NCBI RefSeq assembly: GCF_000485595.1
Contig: NW_014577065.1
Coordinates: 639,728 to 690,683 of the forward strand
Origin: Priapulus caudatus
Lineage: Eukaryota
Direction: 5' to 3'
Length of the DNA stretch: 50,956 nucleotides
The notes below the pieces were generated by a model. The model saw only the letters and a list, made by a program, of their open reading frames with translations, had not been told where the DNA came from and searched no databases. How positions within the stretch are numbered: position 1 is the stretch's first letter; each line of letters starts with the position of its first letter. Below, in pieces: positions 37,970 through 50,956 of this stretch. A program made the translations under genes and the position numbers.

Positions 37970-40900
37970 AAATGTATGCAATATGACATTACCTACCAAA
38001 CGTCAGAACAACCTCTCTTCGACATTTGCTGACATTATGCGGATGTGAGAACGAGAGCCACCAAATTCACGTGAATCCTGTGATTATGATTTTATATTTC
38101 CGACTTAAGTTCAACTCAACATAACTTCTTGATGGCCTACAGTCGCAAAGGAGCCGGGGAAACAGGACAGACGTCCCCGAATGGTGAACCACCAACACAC
38201 CAATGCCAGCGACTAGGCCTTACAACTTACAGCTAGGCCTTGTCCGGCACAACGACCTTACCGTGCGGACTAGCAACGTAGTTTAGCGCACCAAAAATTC
38301 ATCATTGATCGTCAAAACGCAAAATGCAACTCGGCCGAGAAACAAGCAATACTGCTACTGCAACCATCCCGTACATAGCTGCCACCTCGTCTCCGACTAT
38401 CGGCATTCAAAAAACAAAAGACGCCCACTACCGGCGTCGCCACAGCATTCCGTGTGCGTGTCGATTTCTCACAAGAATCCGCTGCCGCGCATGCGCGGGG
38501 ACTCGTATACATATTAAACACGTCTCCCGTGAGAACACTTAGATACTATAACAAGCAAATACGGTCGAATATTATTCAAAAAATGCAATTACAGTCTTAT
38601 ATACAGAACATAAAACCGTAACTGTCCGCTACACGGTCACCAAAACAAAACGAAGAGCACACACGCAATCACACAGTGTTCTTAATACTCTTAGAGATAT
38701 AAAGATTCAAAATATGCACACTGACTATAACAGGCTAAATTCTGGCACACCCTGTGCTGCCGTGAGTCGGGCGACAGGCGACACCGTCAGTGACCCCAGC
38801 GTCCATGACCTCACTCATTCTGGCAGGCTTTCTACAAAGAACTCACTCGGCTAAAAGCTGCTCCGACGCGTCGTAATATGATAAAAACCGTACGATTCAA
38901 AGTTACAATGAAATCTTAGGATAGGTAACGCCGCCCGGCGGGATGGGGGAGAGGTGGGGGTGACGGAAGGGAAGGGTACGCCTACACACGGCTTCATAAA
39001 TTACAGACGAAAATCGAGAGATAGACGCGTGCACTGCACCGCCACCTGGTGTACGCGGCCGCAACCCTCGCCGCACAGAATGCAAGTGCCGAGCGCAGGT
39101 ACAGCAACCCGCAGAAGAACAGATCGTGGCGCCACCTGGCGCCAGAAACGTCGGCACGCAGGCGCGGGAAACCGCGAGAGGCAGCGCAGCTCTGCGGCCG
39201 CCGGTCGGTCATCGCCAGGAGGCGCTCACGGCACCGCGGGCGTCGCAGGCCACCACCATCGCCCCACCCCACGTCCGACAACCGTCGCAATAGCAGTTAC
39301 GCGGCAGACGGGGGTCGGGCGAGTCACCGCCGCCGCCGCCGCCGCCGCACGGTACCGTCGAACGTTGGAAGTACTCTTATGATCACTGGAAGTGTGTGCC
39401 GGCGACGGACGCGCCGCGCGGCATGGCAGTGACGCGGGTCGTCCTCGCGCAGTAGCGGACAGCGCCTACCGATTCAGTGTGAGCTGAGGGGCGGCGGTGG
39501 CGCCCCCTGCTGAAGTGCGTGCTCGGGATTCCTCCGCCGCTCCTCTGCTCACACCGCGCCGCCGAACATGCCAATAAATACAATAAATACTACATAGGAA
39601 CCAGTAAATTACACATAATCTTACAGTACAACGATGAGAATAAATTTTCAAATGATACCCGAGATGGACTGACACCGGCACGCTTGCTTTTACTAGAGCC
39701 CAACGAGCTCCGACTAATACTGCTCACTTAGCAATCGTGTCGGTCGCAGTCTATTGCGAATGTAAAGATATTTCACTGTTTAATATTTCTTAACTAGACT
39801 TGTGAAAATGCATGCTATATATAGTATGAAACGACAAGCGAGTCGTGCTACTCAAAACTTGAGCAAAATATAGCAAGAGCACAGCACTCAAAATAACCAA
39901 TAACCAGAAGCACATTTTCACATTCATTTGCTCGTATCTCAGGGTGCCTTTTAAACGCAGCAGGCTTTGCCAGGTACGGATACCGCTACCGCTACCGCTA
40001 CCGGTACATCCTCAACACCTAAAGATAGTGAAAATGGAGTCTCTTCGTCAGGTAAGGTTTACCACGTGACACCGCGTGTTGGGGGAACAGGAATTGCTGT
40101 CATGCACATCCAGCTGCCGCTGCTGCTGCTTTTACTGCTACTGCTACGGCTGCTGGCTCCTGCTGCAAATAATGGCACCTAACAATGTGCTTGTGTCACA
40201 TCCAATTACGACATGCAGTAATTTACAAGCCTCCATTTGAAACTAAAAATGCAACTACGTATACACATCACGAGTTCATCCATATTATACATGTAGCGAG
40301 TTGATCACCTTTGAGATAAAAAGCCTTTGCGTGCAAGGGATAATAAACAGACAGCCACCCTGTGCCAGCTCTCAGTTGCATAGGCGCACCCTCTAGTGGC
40401 CAAAAACAAGCGAAGAAATACCTCGGATTTTTATATTGCACAATATGACTTACATCAACACAACTAAAACACGCGCGAGTTGAATAAATACTACGAGCAT
40501 ACGATAAATACATTAAAAACCTTTCTGCTTTTATAAATAGACTCTTCTATGAAAGAAAATGGCCCAGGTTGTGTAAGCGCACTAAAATCATCAAATGGAT
40601 AAATAAACACGGAGATCAAGCTAGGGAGAGCTTGCGCCGTAGATCACGAAACGTGACCGACGCAAATCGTTGCGGCGAGCAAAAGTGCGCGAGCATAGAG
40701 GGCGCTAGGATGCAGATATATATAGCGCAGTGGTGCCACGCTTGCCCGGAGGATTGGAGGACACCCACTCGACGCGATCATGGCATCGTATAAGCAGACG
40801 CGAACAATGTCGAAACGACAGCAGGACAAGTCTCCATGCAAACGTCGTCACCAGGGGGAGGCATGCGGCCACATCTCGCCCCGGATACCGGCGTTTGAGA

Positions 40901-40976
40901 GCAGCACACCGGAGCCACAGCGACCCAAGACGACTAGAAGCACGAAAGACAGCTGTCCTGTACAGCAGCTCTAGGA

Positions 40977-41065
40977 ACCAGAGACACCTGGTGTGCGCTA
41001 CAACCATGGGGACCAGAGACACCTGGTGTGCGCTACAACCATAGGGACCAGAGACACCTGGTGTG
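40977..41065. repeat. 35-bp tandem repeat, 2.5 copies
   Basis: gagacacctggtgtg starts at 40981, 41016 and 41051. Confidence 0.9.
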
Positions 41066-41886
41066 TTTTGTAGCCACACTATCTGTTCCCATGCCACTTC
41101 ACAGTGGGTTGAACTCTGAGCCTACGAACACACTGCAGTGACACGCCTGCTCTCACGACAACTACTCCTGCTGCCACCACCTGCTACAACTATTGGCAGA
41201 GGTGAGCGCCGGCATGACACAAGCACCAGCGAGGCCATTACTGACTGACACAGCCGAGCAGAGTGTGCTCCTGCATAGTGCACAGCCGAGCGCGTGCGCT
41301 CCTGTGTCACTCGGAGATGACGCTAGCTCAGTTGCTGCAGCATGGCGTCTCGCTGGCCCTCCACTCCAGGCGCGGGCACGCCGCGGTAACGCAGTCTGCC
41401 GTGACACGCGCTCGCCATTCAAATCGCGGGAGGTAACGATCTCCAAACACACCCGCCCTGCTTCCTCGCCGGGAACTCGCGAGACGCCGCACGCACGAAG
41501 CACGCTGCGCGCCTCGGCTGCGACCTTTCGCGACCGAGCGAGCGGGCGTCGAGACGTTCCGTCTCGCGAACTCCGGTCTCCTCGGAGACCCCCTTCCCGC
41601 GGGACGCAGGAGCGGCGTCCGGTCCACGCGGGCCTCTGCTCATTTACAGTAAACAATGCGCCTGCGCATGGCGTTCGCGGAAACGTTAATACAAAAACCC
41701 CGCGTGTACGCACGCTCGGTGGGCGACAAAAACACGTAACGTTTAAAGGTGAGACTTGGTTGCGCTGCGTCGGTCTGCGACGACGCCCTGTCGGGTGCCT
41801 GAGCGGTGCAAAACTGCTCGCGGCGCCCTCTACGGCGCGCAGGAGGAGGGGGTCACGTGGGCCGCTGCGGGGGGGAAAGAGTAGAA

Positions 41887-42013
41887 CTACTTCGGGCCCC
41901 AGCACGGAGGCGGTTTCCTGAGCGATGAAAGTGTACGTTCTGCCACTTGCCATTCCTTGCCGCGTTCCAGAGCGCTGTGTTTCCTCAGACTGCTGCGTGA
42001 TCGGTACGCGTTC
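41887..42013 (-). CDS. CaMKII: CaMKII last coding exon (hub C-terminus), indels as assembled
   Basis: After tacttgcag| it reads VPITQQSEET and, after frameshifts, NGKWQNVHFHRSG, matching the CaMKII QSEETRVW...KWQNVHFHRS motif. Stop position approximate. Confidence 0.85.
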
Positions 42014-42399
42014 CTGCAAGTACGAGCAGAAAGCCATGATTTTAACCACGCAGCACCGTGTGCCTACCACCATCTCCCACTCTATCGGCCTAAAATTCTG
42101 TTCGCACTCCTTACCTATACGCTGACGGTGGCACTGCACCACAACCAACAACTTAACTCCATTATCTAACTATCACTGGACAGAAATATATTTCATAGGT
42201 CAACTATGATGGCAGGATATTTCAAATTTCCAAATTAGATATGATGCTTACTGTGAAAGATTTTAATTTGCATACATCAGCATGTGTTCATTGTGAGAAA
42301 ATATGAGAACTGTTCGTACGATGTGGATGAGGAGAGTGGATGCGACGTGAATTAGATAGGATTGGAAGTGCAAGTGCAAACGCAACACAGAATTAGGGA

Positions 42400-43925
42400 G
42401 GAAACGTGTTTAGGCTCATGTACGCGGAGGGAAGACAGGTGGTAAGCAGGAACGTGCTATGGCATGTACGGGAGGGACCACAAGGAACGGTAGCAGGAAC
42501 GTGTAGGGATGTACGGGAAGGGCAAGGGCCACATGGTTCAGCAGAACGTGTAGGATGTACGGAGGCGAAGCACACGGTAGCATCGAAACGTGTTCAAGGC
42601 ATGGTACGGGATGGGTAAGGCATCAGGTAGCAGGAACGATGTAGGGAGTAGGGAGGAAGCTAACAGGTAGCAGGAACGTGTTAGGGATGACGGAGGGAAG
42701 CACAGGTAGCAGGAAGCGTGTAGGGATGTGCGAAGGTGGATGAAGCCACAGGTAGCAGAAACGTGTAGGGATGCTACTGGGAGGGAAGCACGGGTAGCAG
42801 GATACGTGTATGGATGTACGGTTGAGGAAGCACAGGTTAGCAGGAACGCTTGTAGGGAATGTACGGAGGCGAAGCACAGGTAGCAGGAACGTGTAGGGAT
42901 GTACGGGATGGGAAGCACAGTAGCAGGAACGTGTAGGGTATGTACGGAAGAGGAAGACACAGTGCAGGAACCGTGTAGGGATGTACGGGAGGCATGCCTA
43001 GCAGGTAGCAGGACACGTGTAGGGATGTACGGGAGCAGCAAGCACAAGGTAGCAGGAACGTGTAGGCATGATACGGAGAGGATGAAGACAGGTAGCCAGG
43101 AACTGTAGGGTATGTACGGGAGGGAAGCACAGGTAGGGCAGGAACGTGTAGCGGATGTAGGAGAGGGAGCACCAGTAGCAGGAACGTGTAGGGATGTACG
43201 GCGGGAAGCACAGGTTAGGCAGGAACGTGTAGGGATGTAGCGGGAGCAGAGCACAGGTAGCAGGAACGTGTAGGGATGTATCGAGATGGGAAAGCGACAG
43301 GTAGGCAGGAACATGTAGGCGATGTACGGATGGGAAAGCAGCGGTAGCAGGAACGTGTAGGGTATGTACGGCGAGGGAAGCACAGTGTAGGCAGGAACGT
43401 GTAGGATTTTGTACGGAGGCAAGCACAGGTAGCAAGGAAGCGTGCAGGGGATTGTACGGGGGCTAAGCACAGAGGACGGGAACGTGTAGGGATGTACGGA
43501 GGGAAGCACAGGTAGTTGCAGGAACGTGTAGGGATGTACGGGAGGAAGACAGTAACAGGAACGTGTAGGCATGTACGGGAGGGAAGCACAGGTAGCAGGA
43601 ACGTGTAGGGATGTACGGGAGGGAAGCACAGGTAGCAGGAACGTGTAGGCATGTACGGGAGGAAAGCACGGGTAGCAGGAACGTGTACGGATGTACGGGA
43701 GGGAAGCACAGGTAGCAGGAACGTGTAGGGATGTACGGGAGGCAAGCACAGGTAGCAGGAACGTGTAGGGATGTACGGGAGGGAAGCACAGGTAGCAGGA
43801 ACGTGTAGGGATGTACGGGAGGGAAGCACAGGTAGCAGGAACGTGTAGGGATGTACGGGAGGCAAGCACAGGTAGCAGGAACGTGTAGGGATGTACGAGA
43901 GGGAAGGACAGGTAGCAGGAACGTA
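42400..43925. repeat. 40-bp G-rich intronic minisatellite
   Basis: Unit aggtagcaggaacgtgtagggatgtacgggagggaagcac; exact period 40 at 43561-43920, indel-rich further left. Confidence 0.95.
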
Positions 43926-43968
43926 TGATAGGCAAGCCCAGGTAGGAGAAAAGCGCAGGTGTACTCAC

Positions 43969-44083
43969 TTGTCGACGAACTGCGTGAGTCTGATGTAGGC
44001 GACGCAGGCAGCATCGTCACCGAGCAGATGCACGTGAGGATTCAGCAACGTCGTGTTCATCGCCTTGCTGTTCTTACCTAGAA
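43969..44083 (-). CDS. CaMKII: CaMKII hub-domain exon
   Basis: gttgcag| (V)[37 protein letters not shown](K) |gtgagt; 115 bp, phase 1-2. Confidence 0.96.
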
Positions 44084-46593
44084 CTGCAACAGCACACAAT
44101 GTGACAAAGTCACGACGTAACAACAAGGCAATGTCACAAACATTTGTCATGTGAGGGCGCCTAGGTATTATAATAGGAATACAGAATGAGGTGACACTAG
44201 GTGACAAACGAGAAGTGGCGTGACAATGTGATTCTCACACACATACGTGACATAGGATGGTGCCAGGGAAATGACAAAGAAGCTGTAGTGTAACAATATC
44301 GACCAATGTCACACACACATGACACGGGAGGGTGCCAGAGAAAAATGACAAACAGAACAGGAATGTTATCGTCACACACACACACACGTGACACAGGAAG
44401 ATGACAAATGAGCAGTAACAGACTCAATATCATCGTTACACACACGTGGCAGATGAGGGCACCTGGGAAATGGTAAACGAGGAGTAGCATCACAACATCG
44501 TAATCACGCACGTACGTTCTCAGGAGAGTAGCTAATGCCACGTCTCGGTTGTGTTCTGGGAGGTGGGCACTATATAACAGCCACCAGTACATATTACAGC
44601 TCCAGTTTATCACAGCAGTCTCGAATATTAATCGATCCGTGCATCATCCGAAAATAATTGAATCCGAGATCATAAATGATAGCCAAAGCATGTGAACATT
44701 GTGCCTACTACAGCCAGCCCAACATAGACTGCTTAATCAAGCTTGTTTCCAGTACCTTCCACTGAAAGCCTTGTAATATCTATTAGCATTGCTGCTCACG
44801 CTTCACCAGCCTAACTTCACAAATATTTAAAACGGATAAACCTCGGAACGAAAAGCCTATATAGACCTACTGTGAGCACACTTGCAGTGTGCAAACATCA
44901 CGAAATGTTCTCATTGAGCCAGAGAAGTGGTACAAACATTGGGATTTTCAAAATTACGTCTATGTTGTTATGTCGCAGCTAGCAGTAAGCCCTCCGCTAG
45001 CGCAAACAGTTCCTGGAACGAAAACACTATAATATTTGTTTCCTGATTTCATAAGTAATATAGATAATGATATGATTTCAACAAATTTCAAAATTTTATA
45101 GTGAATAAACATATAATAATGAATTATAACTTGTTTTATCACAGAAAGAACTGTTAACGATCGCTCCGCTGTGTCACGGAAGTGTAAACATCACCGTGGT
45201 GCTACTTTCGTAAGAGAAGTAATTTCGTTTCGATTTTGAGAAGAAATGTTATGAAAGTAGCAATACAAATGAGTTCTAGCAAATTTTTGCAACATAGACG
45301 AGCTCACAGTACGTCTATATATGCATTTAGCTGCGACGTTAAGCAACTTTAACGATAGAAATGTGTTTACTTGGCATTCTATTCCATTATTTGTGATCTT
45401 TAAAACAAGTCTATGATCACTAACCATATCTTTATTGTAATCCTATCCATAGATAGATTATATATAGAAATATATAAAATTATTATAGAATTATGAATTC
45501 TGATAGTATAAAAAAATCTCCTAAAAGCTTATCTATTGCTGTTTTGTTCACTTATCACACTACAGAAATTTCACATTTCCACTTGTTACTCTCAGCGTAA
45601 TAGGTACCGGTGGTTGTTATATGGCGCCCACCGCTCAGAGAAGGTGACTGCCATTGACCATATAATGTATCTACATTTCTCTGGTGGCAACTGCCCCCCC
45701 CCCCTGGTTCTGAAATGAACACGGACTTCTGGTGCTAATTGTATAAGCCATAATATGCCACACTGAAACTGGAAAAATGGCAGTAAAATGTAAGAAGGAA
45801 TACCACTTGCTGCAACGAACAGAACATACTAGGGAACTGATAATTAACAGTGTAAGAATAATCCCCACATACCAGAACAGAACAGAGAGAGAGTGTCTGG
45901 ACAAACTGTTGCACAGTAAAAAGGAAGTCACACCAGAATGTACACAGAGTTGATATGCATTGAGCAGGGTTAATAAACAGAACCACCAACAGATGGAGCC
46001 AGTATCTGCACAGAAACATTAAGGGTGGCATACAACAGCTAGTAGCCTTCCATAAATTGTTCACCTGCACCATTTCCCTTCTGGAGAAGGCACTCTTTTT
46101 TGGATTTTTTGCAGTAAACCTCCAAACTAGAGTACCCTAATTTCTATAAATGCACGCAAGGTATATGCTTTGCGGATGTCTACAAGGCATTAGAAGTAAG
46201 ATTGGTCTTGTCGTGTAATTGTGCCATTCCGTCAAGTGGCGTAGGCATGGTGACCGGTCGGCCATTTTTGTGTTTGAAACGAAATCCGACTACTTTGAAG
46301 AAATGTGCTTCATTTAGCTGACAAATGTTTTGCGTAGAGTACAGACCTTAAATCTGTGGTTATTTAGCATGAATAAAGTGTATGTTGTGTATGCGAGGAA
46401 ACTCTCTGAGTATTTGTAATTAATTTCTGTTCGATACTGATTCAGGCTTGCTGCCTAAGGACGCCATCTACTGCTGTACAACACCTTAAATTGCATTGAT
46501 ACCTTTCACACCTTCTCCTAAAGAAACAAGCAGCACTAAGTAAGATTGCACGAGCTTGCCATATCGTATTGAAGACTAGTAATGGAACCATAC

Positions 46594-46688
46594 CAAAGTC
46601 GAAATAGAACTTGTGGAAGTCCATCCCTTCGACTAGGTGACCCAGTGCCTCCGGTTGAAATGAAGTCAAATTGGGGTCACATATTTTT
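46594..46688 (-). CDS. CaMKII: CaMKII hub-domain exon
   Basis: ttatgcag| [31 protein letters not shown] |gtatgg; 95 bp, phase 2-1. Confidence 0.96.
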
Positions 46689-46896
46689 CTGCATAAAAAA
46701 AGTCAATATCAGTGCAATGCTCCGGAGAGTTTCTACGGAGTATGCTTAAAGCGATCATTAACACAGGGAATTCCCATGTAAGGCGGCCATATTGCATTCT
46801 ATGTATAACGGGCATCTTTGTAGTTGTTTTATAACAGGGTGGGTGCCTGCGGGGGGTGATCGCACCATACAAGTCCAGCACACCGACAAAACTTAC

Positions 46897-46972
46897 GTGT
46901 AAGCCTCGTAGGCTCCGGTCGCAATGGAATGCAGCAGCTGTTCAGTCATCTTGATGATCTCTTGTTTCCGAG
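46897..46972 (-). CDS. CaMKII: CaMKII first hub-domain exon
   Basis: gcgtcgcag| RKQEIIKMTEQLLHSIATGAYEAY(T) |gtaagt; 76 bp, phase 1-2. The kinase-domain exons must lie beyond the window end. Confidence 0.96.
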
Positions 46973-48334
46973 CTGCGACGCAAGCAAACACACCAAGGAT
47001 TAACCGCAGAAGTCACAAAGTCAATCACAGTGATGCGCGCGACACGAGGGCGATCGAACACGCATCAGCAAATTTAGCGTTTTTGATCACAATTCACAAT
47101 ACACACACCACACGCTCGTGTCGATAACGATGTGCTTGCTGCCCGTAGAAATTTTACACGCAGACCTAATGTAAAACTACTGCAAACAGTTTCCTACAAC
47201 ATAATCACAGAATACGTGCAATTATAATGCCATCTACGCCATTAGATGCGTCACGTTAAGCTCTCAAGTAACTTCTCATGCGAGACTAAACCATTCAAAT
47301 TTAGACACGTACTTATAAACATAATAATAGATGCACACAACGATTAGCACCAACGCTACGTCGGTCTTCGGATATATCCAACGCCTTTTTCAAATTTGCA
47401 AAGCTCTGGTGTTAGCCGAGCTGAGACAAGACAGTGGCAGCAGTTACTAGACTCAGAGCCAGCAATGTGGACACAGTGCATATCAGTGCTCATTCGTCTT
47501 TCGAAGTCGGACGTCGCTTAGACTCGGATATATCACTTCCAAGTGCAACTACTAGTTTATCTTTCGGCGTGCTTTCGCGATCCTCCGCGTGAGATGTGGA
47601 GATTAAACAAGCTCGCGAGACTATATAGTAAGTCATGCTGGAAGCGAAACAAGGCAAACTACTACTAGCGGAAGCAGGAAAGCATGTACACTAGCTACAG
47701 TTGTACAGCAATCAATACGGATTTGGAGCAAAAACCATTCCAAAGTGATTAAAAAACAAACTGTCAAGTAGTTTATCTATATACACGAGTACGTTGTGTG
47801 CGCGCGTGCGTGCTCGCCTGTACGCGTGCATGTGCGTAAGTGTATGCGTGCTCTGGATCTAATGTGCGCGCGTGCGTGCATGCGCTTACTAGTATATTCA
47901 CACGTAGTGTGCGTGCATGCCGTGTGTAGGTGCGTGTATGCATGTGCATATTTGCGTGCGTGCGTGTTTGCCTACATATGTATGCATGTCCGGTGTATGT
48001 GTGTGCGCATGGCAAGGCCTCCACGAAAAGTCGTTTGTTTAACGAATTAGTCACACAAAGTCAAGGTGCGCATAAATGCGAAAAACATTACGCTTGCCAT
48101 TCAGACTCTGAGACATTTTCCTCATTTTACCTACTGTAAAATAAGAAAAACGCCGCAGTGATGCCCTGAGCATCTACGAGACAAGCTGACGTAATCATTT
48201 TGCAAACTCGCACACATCGAAACGTGATTCGTTGGTGCCACAATTCGTTGAGTAACAATTTTGTCGCCACTTATGCCGGTGACATAAACAGTGTGAAGGC
48301 ACACGCGTAGCGTCCACCACCTTCGTCACCATGG

Positions 48335-49765
48335 ATATAATACTTGCCGCGACAGAGACAATGCTCGCCACGGAGATAATATTCTTCGCAGTGAAGACAA
48401 TGCTCGTTGCCACAGTGACAACGCTTGTCGCTACAAAGACAATGCTCGTTGCCACAGTGACAACACTTGTCGCTACAAAGACAATGCTTGTTGCCACAGT
48501 AACAACGCTTGTCGCTACAAAGACAATGCTCGTTGCCACAGTGACAACTGCTTGTCGCTACAAAGACAATGTCGTTTGCCAGCAGAGACAACGCTTTGTC
48601 GCTACAAAGACAATGCTCGTTTGCCACAGAGACAACGCTTGTCGCTACACAAGACAATGCTCGTTGCCACAGTGACAACACTTGTCGCTACAAAGACAAT
48701 GCTCGTGCCACAGTAACAACGCTTGTCGCTACAAAAGACCAATGCTCGTTGCCCAGAGACAACGCTTGTCGTACTACAAAGACAATGCTGGTTGCCACAG
48801 AGACAACGCTTGTCGGCTACAAAGACAATGCTCGTTGCCACAGTGACAATGCTTGTACGCTACAGAGATAACATTCTCGTAGTGAAGACAACAATCGTTT
48901 GCCACAGTGACAACGCTTGTCGCTACGGAGGTAATATCTTTGCATTGTGTGAAAACAACAATCTTGCCACAGCGACAACGCTTGTCGCTATGGAGATAAT
49001 ATTCTTCTTAGTGGAGACAACAATCTTTGCCACAGTGATAACGCTTGTCGCTACAAAGACAATGCTCGTTGCCACAGTGACAACGCTTGTCGCTACGGAG
49101 ATAATATTCTTCGTAGTGAAGACAACAATCATTGCCACAGCGACAACGCTTGTCGCTACAGAGATAATATTCTTCGTAGTGAAGACAACAATCATTGTCA
49201 GCAGTGATAACGCTTGTCGCTACAAAGACAATGCTCGTTGCCACAGTTTGACAACCAGCTTGTCGCTACGGAGATAACATTCTTCGTAGTGAAGACAATG
49301 CTCGTTGCCACAGTGACAATGCTTGTCGCTATAGAGATAATATTCTTCGTAGTGAAGACAACAATCGTTGCCACAGTGACAACGCTTGTTGCTACGGAGA
49401 TAACATTCTTCGCAGTGAAGACAATGCTCGTTGCCACAGTGACAACGCTTGTCGCTACAGAGATAATATTCTTCGCAGTGAAGACAATGCTCGTTGCCAC
49501 AGTGACAATGCTTGTCGCTACAGAGATAAATATCTTCATGTAGTGAAAGACAATGCTCGTTGCCACAGCGACAACGCCTTGTCGCTACGGAGATAATTAT
49601 TCTTCGCTGTGAAGACAACAATCGTATACCAACAGTGACAATGCTTGTTGCTACGGAGATAATACTTCTTAGTGCGAGACAATGCTCGTTCCACATGACA
49701 CGCTCTCGCTCACAAAAGACAATGCTTGTCACTACAGAAAGACAATGCCTGTTGCTACGCGAAGA
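48335..49765. repeat. Higher-order intronic minisatellite built from 21-bp subunits (42- and 63-bp units)
   Basis: A=gacaatgctcgttgccacagt, B=gacaacgcttgtcgctac(aaa/gga), C=gataatattcttcgtagtgaa, arranged as AB and ABC. Confidence 0.92.
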
Positions 49766-50956
49766 CAAATTGCTCATCGCAGAAGAGACGATGCAGCGTA
49801 TGGCAGAGATGCATACACATATTTGAAAGGCAATCTTTGTAGTTTGCTGGCCACAAATTACTAGTTGCGAAGGGTCACGTAGTTGACCCGAGTTTGCTTA
49901 GGGCCGGTCGCAGCATGCCCCGGGAAAATATTTTGATTTCTGAGAATGAATTTCGCTGGGCATTCTGGGGCTAAAAAATGACAATAAATTGACTTTTTTT
50001 TTTCGATTACAGTGAAATTCGGAGTTTTGAAATACAAACTGGTGCGCAAAAGGGAAATAGAAATTCGTATAAAATACGGTAACAATCGTAAGTGTTTTGG
50101 CATCTCTGACGTTGGCCACACGCAACCCGGTGATGATCGAGCGAAAATGGCACAGTCGCCCGACGCATAGGTAATTTCAGCGAGGATCATTTACGCGGGC
50201 AGCTGCGCGACGAAGATTTCACGACTTCCAATCTGCCCCCTGGCCCACCGGCAACGCCCCGCATTCGCTGATTAATACCCTCCCCGCAGGCGCAGCGACC
50301 TCGCCACTAGAACAATTATCGCGAATAAATAAGCGCCATTGATATGCAATGTTGATCGATCTTAAGAAGTAACTGGCACCTTGTGTAGTAATAAGTACAC
50401 TTAGCCGCTTATAGCCAAACGGCGTATTAGTTTGGCCAATTATCAGTTCTGGTTACATAAGAAAATGTCTAATTGAAATCGCCGCAGTCCACAAATCAGA
50501 TTGTTTACAGGTTTCAAACGGCCGCTGCGCGGCGAAAGCGCGTGTGATACAGGATTTATAGTGCAGGCGTGGACAGTTTTCGCACGCAATGCTCCGGCCG
50601 AACGCAATGCTATCATCAGTGATGTTCGTAAAACATGGACGCGTCGTGATAAGGAATCTTTTTGTCAGGGCTGTCCCAGTGCGTCCGTGATTCAGTAGCG
50701 TGTGTTTACATTATTCCATGTTTAAGTCCGTGCCGATGGTTACAACGAGCAACCGCTGACCACGCTCCGTTTCATCTGGCGTCCAAAACATAAGGGCCGC
50801 ACAAATGGTTACTTCATCGCTTGACTCCTGGATGCATTTACGGCCACGAAATGATACGTTGATACATAGCAACAACCGATTTCAAGTCTTGTTTGTAATG
50901 TAAACCAGCAGTGATATGACAAACTAAATACGCTGTTTGGCACTATAAGGTAAAAT

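Noticed and set aside
41162..42151. 329-aa minus and 242-aa plus ORFs
   Set aside because: Only the short QQSEET segment is real (CaMKII last exon); the rest is GC-rich presumptive UTR or intron.
42538..43968. 476-aa ORF, the longest in the window
   Set aside because: Translation of the 40-bp minisatellite cycling through frames; it starts at the intron donor GTG of a CaMKII exon.
40977..49765. CRISPR-like interpretation of the 35-, 40- and 42-bp repeats
   Set aside because: Head-to-tail tandem units without unique spacers, eukaryotic context, no cas genes.

Overview
Repeat-rich, CpG-rich, intron-containing animal genomic DNA, probably a non-vertebrate bilaterian (inference); not prokaryotic. 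It is a draft assembly with three N gaps (6893-6917 and 27807-27831, 25 N each; 22830-23077, 248 N) and long indel-riddled patches resembling unpolished long-read gap fill. Almost all listed ORFs are microsatellite or minisatellite artefacts; the real genes appear only as spliced exons. (1) The 3' end of CaMKII lies on the minus strand: four hub/association-domain exons at 46972-~41887, probably followed by a multi-kb 3'UTR. (2) A minus-strand multi-exon gene reads C-type lectin (2 exons) - EGF - Sushi/CCP x3 (31909-~28017), i.e. selectin-like domain order; 2-3 more Sushi exons lie on the opposite strand across the 25-N gap (24789-25910). (3) An unidentified Pro/Ser/Ala-rich coding exon lies on the minus strand (18057-17445) below promoter-like DNA (NRF1, DRE, E2F-like, X-box-like motifs). 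The window also holds three adjacent foldback/MITE-like palindromes (33789-34675), a hAT-like non-autonomous element, several minisatellites (12, 16, 29, ~32, 35, 40 and 21/42/63 bp units) and a ~1.8-kb artefactual duplication around the first 25-N gap.
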